In this document: piece after piece, positions 46,275-58,850 of the stretch
How positions within the stretch are numbered: the stretch's first letter is position 1
Layout: every line of letters begins with the position of its first letter
From: Paraphysomonas bandaiensis
Lineage: Eukaryota > Protista > Chrysophyceae
Reading direction: 5' to 3'
Length of the DNA stretch: 64,000 nt
Assembly (NCBI GenBank): GCA_965644295.1
Contig: CBFFRP010000125.1
Coordinates: 175,005-239,004, forward strand
Made by a program: the position numbers and the translations under genes
The notes under the pieces: generated by a model
The model's input: only the letters and a program-made list of their open reading frames with translations
Database searches by the model: none
What the model was told of the DNA's origin: nothing

Positions 46275-47907
46275 ATGATAATTAACGTTAAAGTGAAGAA
46301 TAAGAGTATTTCAGTCTCGCTGGGAAGTGGAACTCAAACATTTCGATGGCTTGCTCAGGTGGTAACATTTCGATTAAAGAGTGAAGGCGTCCTGAGACGA
46401 ACATTTGAAGAAGACTGTCGAACAGTCGTGGGTTTTAAAGATGCAGATGGCAATGTTATTAATCCTAACAATACAGTGTGCAGTGTTGTCGATTCTAATG
46501 GAGTAGTCTTTGCCGATGTCACGGACGCACTTCCAAGCGATGAATTCGGAAATCCAGTTCCGAGTGAGTGGATGGTATCAGCTTATGTAAAAAGCCCTCA
46601 CGGCATTCGCTGGTATACTGAAATGGAAGCATACAGGGAGAGTCAAAACTCGACTAAAGATGGAGATGATATCCAAACTGACAGTTTGCTATATGTCGGA
46701 CATTTTACAGTCAGTGACATTGACTCAGCGTTTCAACTGGATTGGCAACAAATGAACTGGAGTTGGCTTGGCATTTCCGAAAGTGATACGGAGCATCGTG
46801 AGTTGAAACTGATTCTACGCAAGAAATATGGTCTGCTGTGCAGAATATTCTCTCACTACTGTGGTCCCGGAAAAGGTATTTTTTCTGTTTTCGATGTATC
46901 TCATTATTGTATTTACAGCCGGAGATACGTATGGAATGTCTTTGTATGAGTTTGGCCATTTCGTTCATACAACCGGAGCAATAAATTTCAGGTCTCATTC
47001 AAAGAAAATCGGTAATGCCCCAACTCGTAGTTATCACTGATTTATGTTATTGTGGTTAGAGAGCATATTTTACAGTGTTATTGATGATGCCACTGCCTTA
47101 TCGGAAACTACCATGTTAATGACCCGAGTTGATTTTGTATATGCGCTTGTCAAGGTTGCTCTCCGTAGTGCAGATGATTCAGTGCGCAATGTGAGTAACG
47201 TTTCCTTCGGTTATGTACATATTAGCAACATTGTTTTTTTAATCTTTACTAACCAGGTCGTGGATCCTGTTGATGTTTATTTAAGCGGTCCTATAGACGA
47301 CGCGTGGAATTCATATTTTTCAAAGTATCATATTTACAGTTTGCAAAATTCTTTGATGCAGAAAACGGTAATCCAAGTGTAATATAGATTTGTGGTGATG
47401 TGCCATTCTGATATATAGATGGAAGACTATTATGTTGCGGTGAAGTCCATATTCTCTAAATTTGCAGCATCTAGCAAGGTCAGTTTATCGTTAATGTGGT
47501 ATACTTTGTGACTGATCTACTAGCAGAGTGGATATGGTTTATCTTACGCAGCATTCAAGAATTTATTCGTCAAAACTTCAACAATTGAGCATAGCCAGGA
47601 TTCTATTGCCAAATCTGCATTTGTTGGGTCAATGCCAGGATATATTTGCCATGGTCAACTAAATCCTGATTTTGAGGTATGTGTGGTCTATATTTGCCTA
47701 CCTCAAGTGTGATACGTTAAAAAGGAACTTGTGTTTGCGGAATTTATGGAATCGGCTTGTATTATTGCCAAATCTGCTATATCGGACAGGTTTTTGCTAT
47801 CTCTATGTACTTTGAAGTTTTAATTCTGCCTTAGTGATATTTCAGATGTTCAGAAAATCCGTATTGTATGCCACGCAATTGCAGAGCTTGCAGCTATGGA
47901 CGACTGA
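46275..47907 (+). CDS. Hypothetical protein, multi-exon
   Basis: Long first exon MIINVKVKNKSISVSLGSGTQTFRWLA..; chain of short GT-AG introns ending ..ELAAMDD*. Confidence 0.7.
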
Positions 47908-50363
47908 AATCAGATTCAATAGTGTTCTCCGAAGTAAGTTATCACGTATTATTTCTCTCGTGGCGTGGATGTTGAGGTATTTATGGTGACTATTGCTTGA
48001 TAAGAATTTGACGTGGTTATTGTTGAGTACGTAGTATATAATGGCAATTATAGATTATATAAGATAAATAATTGTAGCATTTACATGCAGCAGACACCAA
48101 TTTACCAACTCCAAATGCTAGTGATGGTGATCGAAAGCGAAATGTTAGATGAAAATAAAGGAATTGTGTGTGTGTGTAATAAAAGTAGCATGGGGATGTA
48201 TGTGACGAAACCTGATAAAGGCAGAATATAATATCTCATTCAACAAGTACACCTGCTACTGGAAAAAAAGTTGAATTTAAAGCAGATTAGAATGCTTCCT
48301 TGCTACGTGGCCAAACTGCTCTGCTACCGGAAAGGATTAATGTCAACAAACGATGGTCATCTATTTTTCAGGTTCTGCCCAACTAGTGGTTGCGTATAAG
48401 AGATCCTGTAAAAGTCGGGGTAATACCAAAACCTGGTGAAATGTATAAAGCCTGGTGAATTTTTTGATTGCTGCATTTTGGGCGCGAGCTGGGGGAAAAC
48501 TGCCGACTCCGCCATGCGCTTCTCGTATGTTGCTTCTTCGTGTGTGTGTCCACGTTGCTGACGCAGTCTATGGGGGAGTCGTTGTGGCCCCTTCGGGTTG
48601 ACAGCGTAACACCCACTACGATTCTGGCGCATTTGTTTGGCTGCAGCATATATATAGAGCTGTTGAAGGAGGGTAACAACTGTTGTTTCAATGGCACGTA
48701 GTCTTTAATTCGTCTACAAGGGCGTTGATATCGGAATTCTATCGAGCAGTAGGAACCTTATTATCAGAGTCTCTACATCTGGTGACCTTTGATTCTTGAT
48801 GATACAGGATCTTAATACGCGACCACTTGAGCAGTACCCCTGAAAGAGATAAGAGTCCATCGTGTGACATTAATCTTCTGTAGTAGCAAGGTAGCAGAAA
48901 GATAGGTGCGCAGAAATTCTTGGCAATGATCTCTCAGTGCGGTAATATCTCTGATACAGAGCAGTTGAAGAAGCCAGAAAAGTGGCTACAGGGAGAAGGT
49001 GTGAAGTGTGGAAGGTACACATGAAGCACCGTATCCGGATGCACTATATGGGGTGTTCGGGCCGGCCAAGAAGGGACAGTCCCAACAATTAGCAGGGCTG
49101 CGTATCAATTAATTTCAATTAATTGTCAATTTTATTGAAATTGGGATATCAATTATAATGCATACATTGACTCCAGCTCGCTTCAATTTTTAACAAAACA
49201 AATTGCCAAAAAACCTCGGAAAAATCCTATGGGTAGGTAAAACACATGCATTATTATTATAACTGGTTTTGCCCTTGACCATGGATGTGCTAATGGAGGG
49301 CGTTGACGGTGATAACAGTGAAGAAGTACTTTATGGGCTGGAGCAAACCTTTTCTATTTTACCATACTATATACACGCCTCCTGTACTATGGGGAATACT
49401 ATAGTTGTCGTTTGTGGCATCTTGTTGATTGTATTGTGGTATATAAATAATAAACTCCCAGTGAGAGTTATACCAGAAGAGAGCAGTAAGGAGCGGAAAG
49501 AGGAAGCCCAATATGTAGAGCAGTGAGATGCTGACATGTCGGAATACAGTGTTCAGCATAAAATATGAGGTTGAGCAGAATATAGGGAGTAAAGATATAA
49601 AGCTGTTAGAGGATTGATGGAATCTTACGACGAGAGGTGTGTGGAAGGCTTGGAGCTACCATCGGCTGGGGTATCAACAGCTGGATCAGAGACTGGAATG
49701 TGGACTATTGGAGCAATAAAGTGTCAAATTTGGTTGAAATGTATGTAATGATAAATATTTCAAATCCTGAGTATTATCTTCACGAACCAGGTCACGAGGT
49801 GTGCTTGACTTGTTTAGACCTGTTCAGGTCGTGGGTTCGGGGGAAATGTGACTGCCCCATTCCGGGGGCGTGCCCTAGTAAAGTGTTAGTATTGATTAAG
49901 CTAACCAACGTATACATCATTTATAAAATCCTCGTATTCTTTGCTTTTCGGCACCAAAAGCAAGCTCTAGCTATAGGTCTACACTATACTTGTGTATAGC
50001 CTATATAAGGTTACGAGAAATCCCGTTCTTCTTGGGGAAGAGGGGGCGCGGCCAGTGCCACGCTAGGCCTATACTAAGACATACATGAAGTCGATGTGAT
50101 CAACAAACCTGGTAAAACGGTCAAAACCTGGTAAAATTTTGAAAAAGTTGATTTAAGTGGAGTTTTTGAAGCGTTTAGCAATAGATAATGTAGTGGATGT
50201 AAGAAAACATGTTTTTAATGACATTTAATAAATTTTATATTAGTTACAGATCAAAAACGTGAGAATGTAACGGTTACATTATACGTATAATATATATATG
50301 CATACTACCATGTGTAGTGCGACGTCTGATATTGCAAAGTTCTTTTTGACTAATTAAAAATAC

Positions 50364-50754
50364 TTACAAGCGATAATCAACTGAACTTCTGGCACGTTTA
50401 CCAGTAATAATAGATGCAGAATCAACTGCTCCAGTGTCTACCCACTCCTTAGTGGGTTCCTCAATATAGCTCCACCTCGGGATGCTGTCTCTTTTACTGG
50501 AGGGGATATTATGAGGCTTATCCTGGTGGGCTACATTCAATATTAGGTACATTACACAAACAAGCATATATATAAAGTATACCAGATGCAAGCGAGAAGT
50601 ATTTGGAGCGCACTGACTTATCCTCCCTGATGGCCCCACATCTCTTCTTGCTTTTGTAAACAAGATGATAGGTGCCATCATCATTGACAGCATGGATAGT
50701 ACCACGCATCCTAGTGACAGTAATAATTTCGTCACCAGGAGTATACGTGACCAT
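50364..50754 (-). CDS. Small Tudor/SH3-like + CHZ-like motif protein; intron 50531-50582
   Basis: Splices in frame to MVTYTPGDEIITVTRMRGTIHAVNDDGTYHLVY..RWSYIEEPTKEWVDTGAVDSASIITGKRARSSVDYRL*; homologous to 61055-61606. Confidence 0.65.
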
Positions 50755-52261
50755 TGGTCACGAGAAGCTCCGCGTTGTTAGGGTAATGGGAATGTAAACA
50801 TGGCCCTACTAGAATCTGCGCGAATTACATATTATATAAGTCATGCATAGCTATGAGAAATCCCGCGTAATCTTAGCGAAGGTGAACACGGGTGGGGCGG
50901 CAACAGAATCTGTGCGTGATCTATGCGGTCAGCTACGTTGGTACTTCCCCATACTGACACAGCGTATCTAATCACTGTGTGCGGCCCTCGAGTGGGTGCT
51001 GCTGAGTGCTGTTACCGTGCACCTCTACCTATGCACACATTGCTTAGTTCAGCGGTTCCCCACCCGGGTTCTCACTGCATATATTCAGCGCTGTATACCG
51101 TGTGATAATGATGTAGCTAGTTGGGTTCAGTAGTAGGTAGCTAGCAAATACCGTACGGGACTTAATCAAGTATTAGTTAGGTACCCACCCGGCCCCCACC
51201 CGGATCTACCTAAGTACGCGCTCAGAATGGAGCAGGTACATGGGAGGCGGGTGGTAGAATAAGCGGAAGATCTCGGTGTTATATGTGGTGTGGTGTGGTG
51301 TACCAGCGAGCCTACACTATGACCACGCACTCTAAATGGAGCAGTGGCGATTCTGAAAAATATGAGTTGTAGGTAAAATAATAACGATATTATATGCTAT
51401 TGTTGTACATTATTAGATGGAGAACAATACGGTGGAGTTCGTCTGTCTACAACTCGTGTGGTATACGTGACACGTATAAGCACGTGTCTCTTGCAGTACG
51501 CATGGTACGTATATTATATAGCTATGCACGTAGAGGGGATTGTACGTCGTCGTATAGTGCATGTCTCACCAGTCGGTTCAGGCAGGGAATGTATATGACA
51601 AGCACGATATGGATGCTAATGAATGTAGAACCAGATCCTTGCGAGTGCAAGATTTCTATGTTAAGTCTCTGTCAGAATAAGTATTAAGGAGAGAAGTAAC
51701 AGGGACTAGAGGACTAGCTGATCCGTACCCGCTAGCACACTCTATTAGACGCGGTATACATGAATAAGGGATAACTCGCGAGTATATATCTGTAAGGCAT
51801 GTTCATAATATATCAGAATATAGCCAAAGAAGAATAATCCCAACAACCCCGGTCGTTTCATTATTTTTCTACTCTTTGCTACCAATGAGCTGATGACAGT
51901 AAGATTAAGCAAGACACCCAAACGCAAATATCTCTACTTTTGATAGCATTCATTGTTCAGGCGTCTCTTCTTATCAGTATAATATATATATGTATGTGAT
52001 ATATATATTCTATATTGTATATTGCTTATATATGTATATTATGAGTAGTAGTGTACATGTGTAGAGCAGTGCAGAGCGAGCAATACGTAGAAACTAAAAA
52101 ATAAACATCAAAGAATAGGCCTTTTCTTCTTTGATTGCAATGGACTTATACTTTGATTGCAGTATATTATGAGCTATTTTAACAAAAACAATACTGATGA
52201 AATATTAGGCTGGTCCACCAACCAATATATTTTACAGTATATTGTTTCCTAACTCTGGATC

Positions 52262-52402
52262 CCTACCCCAAAGGGCGTTCCCCTAATTAACCGCACCTCT
52301 CCTTGCCACTGAAGAACTACACGTCACTTGGTGCTTGCGTGCTTGCGGCAACGCACAAACAGCCTTCGTTGCGTTTAATAATAGGATATCAGAGTTAAGA
52401 GT
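52262..52402 (+). mobile_element. Diverged 3' fragment of a related LINE
   Basis: cccaaagggcgttcccc echoes the LINE ORF end (PKGRPP), followed by tgcttgcggcaacgcaca..ttcgttgcgtttaataataggata. Confidence 0.6.
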
Positions 52403-52748
52403 TAATTATTTTGCTACATCAGTTCTGACTGCAGTTAATAATAATAAATTATTATTCGCTTCCTCAATTGCAATTTTTCCACTTTCAAAATAGTCGGCAA
52501 CTAATTGTGACACAGCACTGTTTCGAACAAGATGAAAAACTCGCAAAAAGAAATACAAATGCAAAATTATTATTAACACCATCACATATGCGTCGTTCCT
52601 TATAATTATATGCAACCTTACTACCATGCCATGGCACACATAATACATCTCAAGTTGTATAGAATGAAAGATGCCTAAATCACATAAGCTGTATTGCGAA
52701 GCAATAACTATATATACGTGTATAAAATTATCTCTTTGACGCAATCAA

Positions 52749-53568
52749 TCAGAGTGTCGGTTCATGTGCCATTTCAAATCGAATTTCTTTCTTCGCAGTT
52801 GAACTAGTTTGCGTCTTGTCCAAACACTGCTTCGGCAATTGATTCCCACGAACTGGAGATGGCGAAAGTGTCGACGACGAAGAATTCATTCTCTTAGTGG
52901 ATATAACTTGCTTCCGGAACTCTGCCATACTACTGATCGGTGTTCCACCAAACCCCCCCGACTCAAACAGTGAGTCATGGCCACCACCAAACATTGACAT
53001 ATATGCATCCGCATCAAATGTAGAGGTCGGCTTTTTCGTTGCAGATGGAAGCTTCGTATTCTGCTTCAATGATGCAGGGCCATACCTCTTCTTTTTCAAG
53101 TATCCACTGATCTTCTTATGAAGCTCAAAATCTTCCTCAAATTTTTTGCTTCTAATCATTGGTTTAGCTTTGTTTAACCTCTTCATCATTTCATCATTAT
53201 CTCTGTTAACTTTTTCTACGTAATTCTTCCTCTCTCTTTCGTTTAGACTGGGATGTCTGAAGTGCTTTGGTTGCCTTCTGTCCTCCGCCATAATCTGCGA
53301 AACAAAATGAACACAACATAGCAACAGAACGTGCACGTCAAACCGTAGTCATTTTTTCCATTAAATGCTTGTTTTGTTTAGCGATAGTCTGTTGTCTATC
53401 TTCAATCAGCTGCTTCTTCTTCGCTCTCGTTTGTAAATGCTTTAGCCCAAGGGATTCCGGGGTCCCGGTGTCTATCATATGCCCCATAGTATGTACTCTA
53501 TCCAAGTGCTCTTTATACAACTTTCTATCTCTTTTATACTGAACAATGTCTTCTGGAGGCTTGTGCAT
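52749..53568 (-). CDS. CFAP97/KIAA1430-domain (cilia/flagella-associated) protein, 1 intron
   Basis: YKEHLDRV..IDTGTP..HLQTRAKKKQLIEDRQQTIAKQNKHLMEKM..SLNERERK..NRDN.EMMKRL..KP. Confidence 0.8.
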
Positions 53569-53873
53569 GTTCAGCTTCCACACGACAACTCCCAATGTAA
53601 GAGTTTAGAGCCAATATTGATATTTCACTAACTAGCCCTGATATAAGAGAAGGGGGCTATAGTTCTCCCTATGAAACTTCTAGTACACTGCGGCCTGGCA
53701 CCAATCTACCAGAGGGAAAAAGAATTAGGAGTTAACTACCCAAGGCGCTCTATAATTAATGCGGCATAATAGTTAAAGAGTATACAGCAGTGGAGCAGCT
53801 CCTGGACGTTATACATTACTGCTGCTCTGTAGTCTTTGTATGTGAATGTGTATGGGTATGCCAGGTATGTGTA

Positions 53874-56867
53874 CCGACAACAGCATCGGAGGGGCAGCAC
53901 CCACATCGGAGGGGCAACATCCGTAGTCCCGTTTTTCTGTTCTGTACGTGAATATTAGTATGATCGAATGGGGATGGCGGGCTCTTCACATCTACACACC
54001 ACATCCAAATAAGCATATCTTCATATTAAAACTATTCGGAATACACTGTTGTGTTGTTGTGCCCACTGTAGAAACTTAATTTCATCGATTTTATGCTGTA
54101 ATGATGCAGGAAAACCACCCAAATATTGACCACAGTTTGGACCACACAATCCCATTATCATGAAGTGCTCGTGACAATCATACATCCCTACTAGATGAAG
54201 ACTGTCCCCTGGATGATTTGTCATTAGATATCTTTTGAAGGAGCTTCAGAAAGAGCTATCAGCGGATGAGGTATACGACGAAAAGTGTTTACATGAAGCT
54301 CTTCTGCAGCAGTGCAGGGCAACTATGAAAAGAAGGATATATGCAAAGACATCCAAAGAGAATGAGGAAATGGAGGGAGAAACAAAACTAGGAGACAAGA
54401 TTTGAAGATAGGTGGCATTGAGTATATATCATTATGCTTTATCATGAAGACTTTAAAGCGAACTAGAATTTAAGGACATACATACTTCCCGTGCAGTAAG
54501 TTGTAAGACGAAGTTGTTTGTGAGTATGGATTTCATGATATATACAACTAATGTGGTGTGCGTTGTAGATCGCCGCAATGATATTGCATTTCGGTCAATA
54601 GTACATACTTAAATCATCGTATTCCTTATTTGCATGAACCATTTGATGTAAACTGAAACTGTAATGATGTATATTATACTTTCCGTGTAGTAAGTTATTT
54701 ATGCATGTATATTGCATGATGAAACAAGTGCAATGTATGCTGTAGGCCGCTGCAATGATATTCGAATTTGTTTTTGTTAATTGCACATACTCAAACCTTC
54801 GTATGTCACAACTACTTGTCTAAAGTTATCTCGCAGCAACAATTTCTAGCGAGCGTGTGCAAGCAAGCTAGGGACTATTTATTATAGATTACAGACAATC
54901 GTTTCAATATACTCATGCTAAGGTATAGCAAGTAGCTATGTAACGCTTGTAAAATGTTTATATGTGCGCGAATAATAAGACGAAAAACGGTTATACTGCT
55001 TGCTGCCTGGCCTCGTAAGCAATCTGTTTCGTGCAAGTACATGGAATTTTTCTCATACTATTCCTGGGCAATTTATTTCATACAACGTTTAGATGTTTCA
55101 AAAGTTGTTTCAATTCAGATACTTTTAAAAAAGGTTAGTACGTTTCTACTTAATACACTTTTTAATCAAAACATGGTTCAGCTAGAATACTTCTCATTTG
55201 TTCATACAAAACATGTTAAAACTAAAATATTTTTCAAACAAGACATGTTACAACTAAAACACTTTTCAAACAAGACATGTTACAGCTGAAACACTTTTCA
55301 AACAAAACATATTTCAACTAATATACTTCAAAAACGTTTAACTCAGATACTCTTCAACGATGATATGTTTCAAGGAAAACAAGAGCTTCAGCTAATTCTC
55401 CAGCGACTGCTTCAAACTTCTGTCTTATTGCTTCAGCTCCTACTCTTTTCTTGGTCACTTTCTCAGCCTTATACTGCTCTGGAGATAAGGAATTAAACCT
55501 GTCCTTCTCTGATTACCTTCCCAACAGAGCCTAAGCCGCCTTCGCATGTTTCGCCAAAGCTGCGGCATTATTTCTTTCTTCTCACCCCTCCTCCTTGCAA
55601 AATTTCTCCACTATATCAGGGGCTTAACAAGCCTTTTCCTACTTGTACCTAGACACAGTTTGGCAGGTAGTAATAATTTTAGACTTTAAAATTTAGACAA
55701 ATGACGTACAGGAGTGAGGTTGTCCCGTTTTATAATAGTGTTAGATGCAACGGCTCTTCGTCTTATTATTCGCGCACATATAAACATTTTACAAGCGTTA
55801 CATAGCTACTTGCTATTCCTTAGCATGAGTATATTGAAACGATTGTCTGTAAACTATAATAAATAGTCCCTAGCTTGCTTGCACACGCTCGCTAGAAATT
55901 GCTGCTGCGAGATAACGTTAGACAAATAGTTGTGACATACGAAGGTTTGAGTATGTGCAATTAACAAAAACAAATTCGAATATCATTGCAGCGGCCTACA
56001 GTATACATTACACTTGTTACATCATGCAATATACATGCATAAATAGCTTACTACACGGAAAGTATAACATACATCATTACAGTTTTAGGTTACATCAAAT
56101 GGTTTATGCAAATAAGGCATACGATGATTTAAGTATGTACTATTGACCGAAATGCAATATCATTGCGGCGATCTACAACGTACACCACATTAGTTGTATA
56201 TATCATGAAATCCATACTCACAAACAACTTCGTCTTACAACTTACTGCAAGGGAAGTATGTATGTCCTTAAATTCTAGTTCGCTTTAAAGTCTTCATGAT
56301 AAAGCATAATGATATATATTCAATGCCACCTATCTTCAAATCTTGTCTCCTAGTTTTGTTTCTCCCTCCATTTCCCCATTCTCTTTGGATATCTTTGCAT
56401 ATATCCTTCCTTTCATAGTTGCCCTGCACTGCTGCAGAAGAGCTTCATGTAAACACTTTTAGTCGTATGCATCATCCGCTGGTAGCTCTTTCTGAAGCTC
56501 CTTCAAAATATATCTAATGACAAATCATCCAGGGGACAGTCTTCATCTACTAGGGATGTATGATTGTAACGAGCACTTCATGATAATGGGATTGTGTGGT
56601 CCAAACTGTGGTCAATATTTGGGTGGTTTTCCTGCATCATTACAGCATAAAATCGATGAAATTAAGTTTCTACAGTGGGCACAACAACACAACAGTGTAT
56701 TCCGAATAGTTTTAATATGAAGATATGCTTATTTGGATGTGGTGTGTAGATGTGAAGAGCCCGCCATCCCCATTCGATCATACTAATATTCACGTACAGA
56801 ACAGAAAAACGGGACTACGGATGTTGCCCCTCCGATGTGGGTGCTGCCCCTCCGATGCTGTTGTCGG
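53874..56867. mobile_element. Foldback-type element with ~1.1-kb inverted arms (53874-~54990, ~55750-56867)
   Basis: Arms are highly similar reverse complements (mirror ORFs 54021-54224/56517-56720 and 54595-54786/55955-56146); termini CCGACAAC/GTTGTCGG; TGTA on both flanks. Confidence 0.88.
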
Positions 56868-56868
56868 T

Positions 56869-57307
56869 GTATGCGCAAAGGTATGTATGTATGTATGTAT
56901 GTATGTATGTATGTATGTATGCGCAAAGGTATGTATGTATGTATGTATGTATGTATGTATGTATGTATGTATGTATGTATGTATGTATGTATGTATGTAT
57001 GTATGTATGTATGTATGTATGTATGTATGTATGTATGTATGTATGTATGTATGTATGTATGTATGTATGTATGTATGTATGTATGTATGTATGTGTATGT
57101 ATGTATGTATGTATGTATGTATGTATGTATGTATGTATGTATGTATGTATGTATGTATGTATGTATGTATGTATGTATGTATGTATGTATGTATGTATGT
57201 ATGTATGTATGTATGTATGTATGTATGTATGTATGTATGTATGTATGTATGTATGTATGTATGTATGTATGTATGTATGTATGTATGTATGTATGTATGT
57301 ATGTATG

Positions 57308-57339
<32 letters not shown>

Positions 57340-57357
57340 TGTATGTATGTATGTATG

Positions 57358-57389
<32 letters not shown>

Positions 57390-57431
57390 TGTATGTATGT
57401 ATGTATGTATGTATGTATGTATGTATGTATG

Positions 57432-57463
<32 letters not shown>

Positions 57464-57505
57464 TGTATGTATGTATGTATGTATGTATGTATGTATGTAT
57501 GTATG

Positions 57506-57537
<32 letters not shown>

Positions 57538-57547
57538 TGTATGTATG
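56869..57547. repeat. (GTAT)n microsatellite, ~680 bp
   Basis: Direct reading. Confidence 0.99.
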
Positions 57548-57624
57548 CATGGTATAATGTGTCAAATATACCGACATGGAATACAAGAAACAGCTCAACC
57601 AACTCCATAAATCACTGCAATGGA

Positions 57625-58591
57625 ATGTCATTTGTGTTATGTGTATCGCGCCCTGATTTCATTGTAAGTAATACGTTATCATCTTGTCAGATCGAATTCT
57701 TACGGGATATGGATGCGTCATGCCGAGAAAGTGTCAAAATCAGCCTGCAATTCTGCAGTGAAAATGACATTGAGAAAGGAGATGATTGCATGGATCAACT
57801 AATGGAGGACAGTGGGTGTAAATTTGATCAAGAGGATGGTAGGCTCTTCACGGATTATCCCCTATACTGTGAAGGTTATCACAAACCGATGTGTCGTGGT
57901 GTTTTGCATTTATTGTGTGCGGTGATGCTGCCGACGGTGCTTCTTTTTTTCATTCAAGAATGTCGCGGCTCACCATTGGGTATTGCTGTATGTGTATGTT
58001 ATGTAACTTCGAATACGTTCTGCTACGGTGTGAGTGGCATGTACCATATATTTGAATGGAATCCTCGAGAAGAAATTCTTTTGCAGAAACTAGATCACTG
58101 TAAGTAAATCTTTTCCCACGTTTAGGGCTCACCGCATAATAGGTGGCATTGCGATACTATCTGTTGGCACAATCCTTCCAGATGCCTTATTAGTACTAGG
58201 AAGTGGACTATCGGAAATTAACAACAATATAGGATATGCCATGGCCGGAATTTCCACGATTCTCTGTTGTTACACGTGCCGTCAGATATGGATGAGACGG
58301 CCATCGGTTGGACTGCAGGCGTTGGTAGCTGTGTGGTGGGTACTTCCATTCCTTGTCCCCAACTACCTGTACATGACAACAACGGAATTTTTAGCGATGT
58401 TAATGACCTGCCTCTTCCAGGGCCTTGGTGTTATGGTTTTTGTTTATCGAGCTCCAGATCCTATGCCTGATTTTTTTGGATACCACGAAGTCTTTCACAC
58501 TCTGGTTGTTTTTGCTGGAATAAGTGTACTCGTATGTAACTACTCGATAGTACACCGATACGGCTTGGCCTACGAGCAGAAGTCTATATAA
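57625..58591 (+). CDS. PAQR / hemolysin-III family membrane protein
   Basis: KPMCRGVLH, SGMYH, KLDHC|GI, FFGYHEVFH; intron 58100-58142; start codon tentative. Confidence 0.88.
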
Positions 58592-58850
58592 ATTGCTGTT
58601 AGTAGTGTGTAAATCCTATGACTTTGTTCACCTTGTGTTAGTAGAAATTATGTATTTTATTGTATCATTTTACTTCGTGATATTTTATAAGTAAAGAAGC
58701 GTTACAGCCTCAGATTTTTGCGCACTGATTTAAGGCGTTTTTAATATCAGGAGTTGTCCAAAAACACTTACAAAAGTAAAAATAACTTCTGTTATATTTA
58801 ACGCGACTTGGGCTGTTTGGTGTTTGGTAGTTTCGTCATCCTCGTCCATG

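Noticed and set aside
54021-54224. Duplicated small ORFs (mirrored at 56517-56720) as a gene family
   Set aside because: They mirror each other only because they lie in the foldback arms; no recognisable protein
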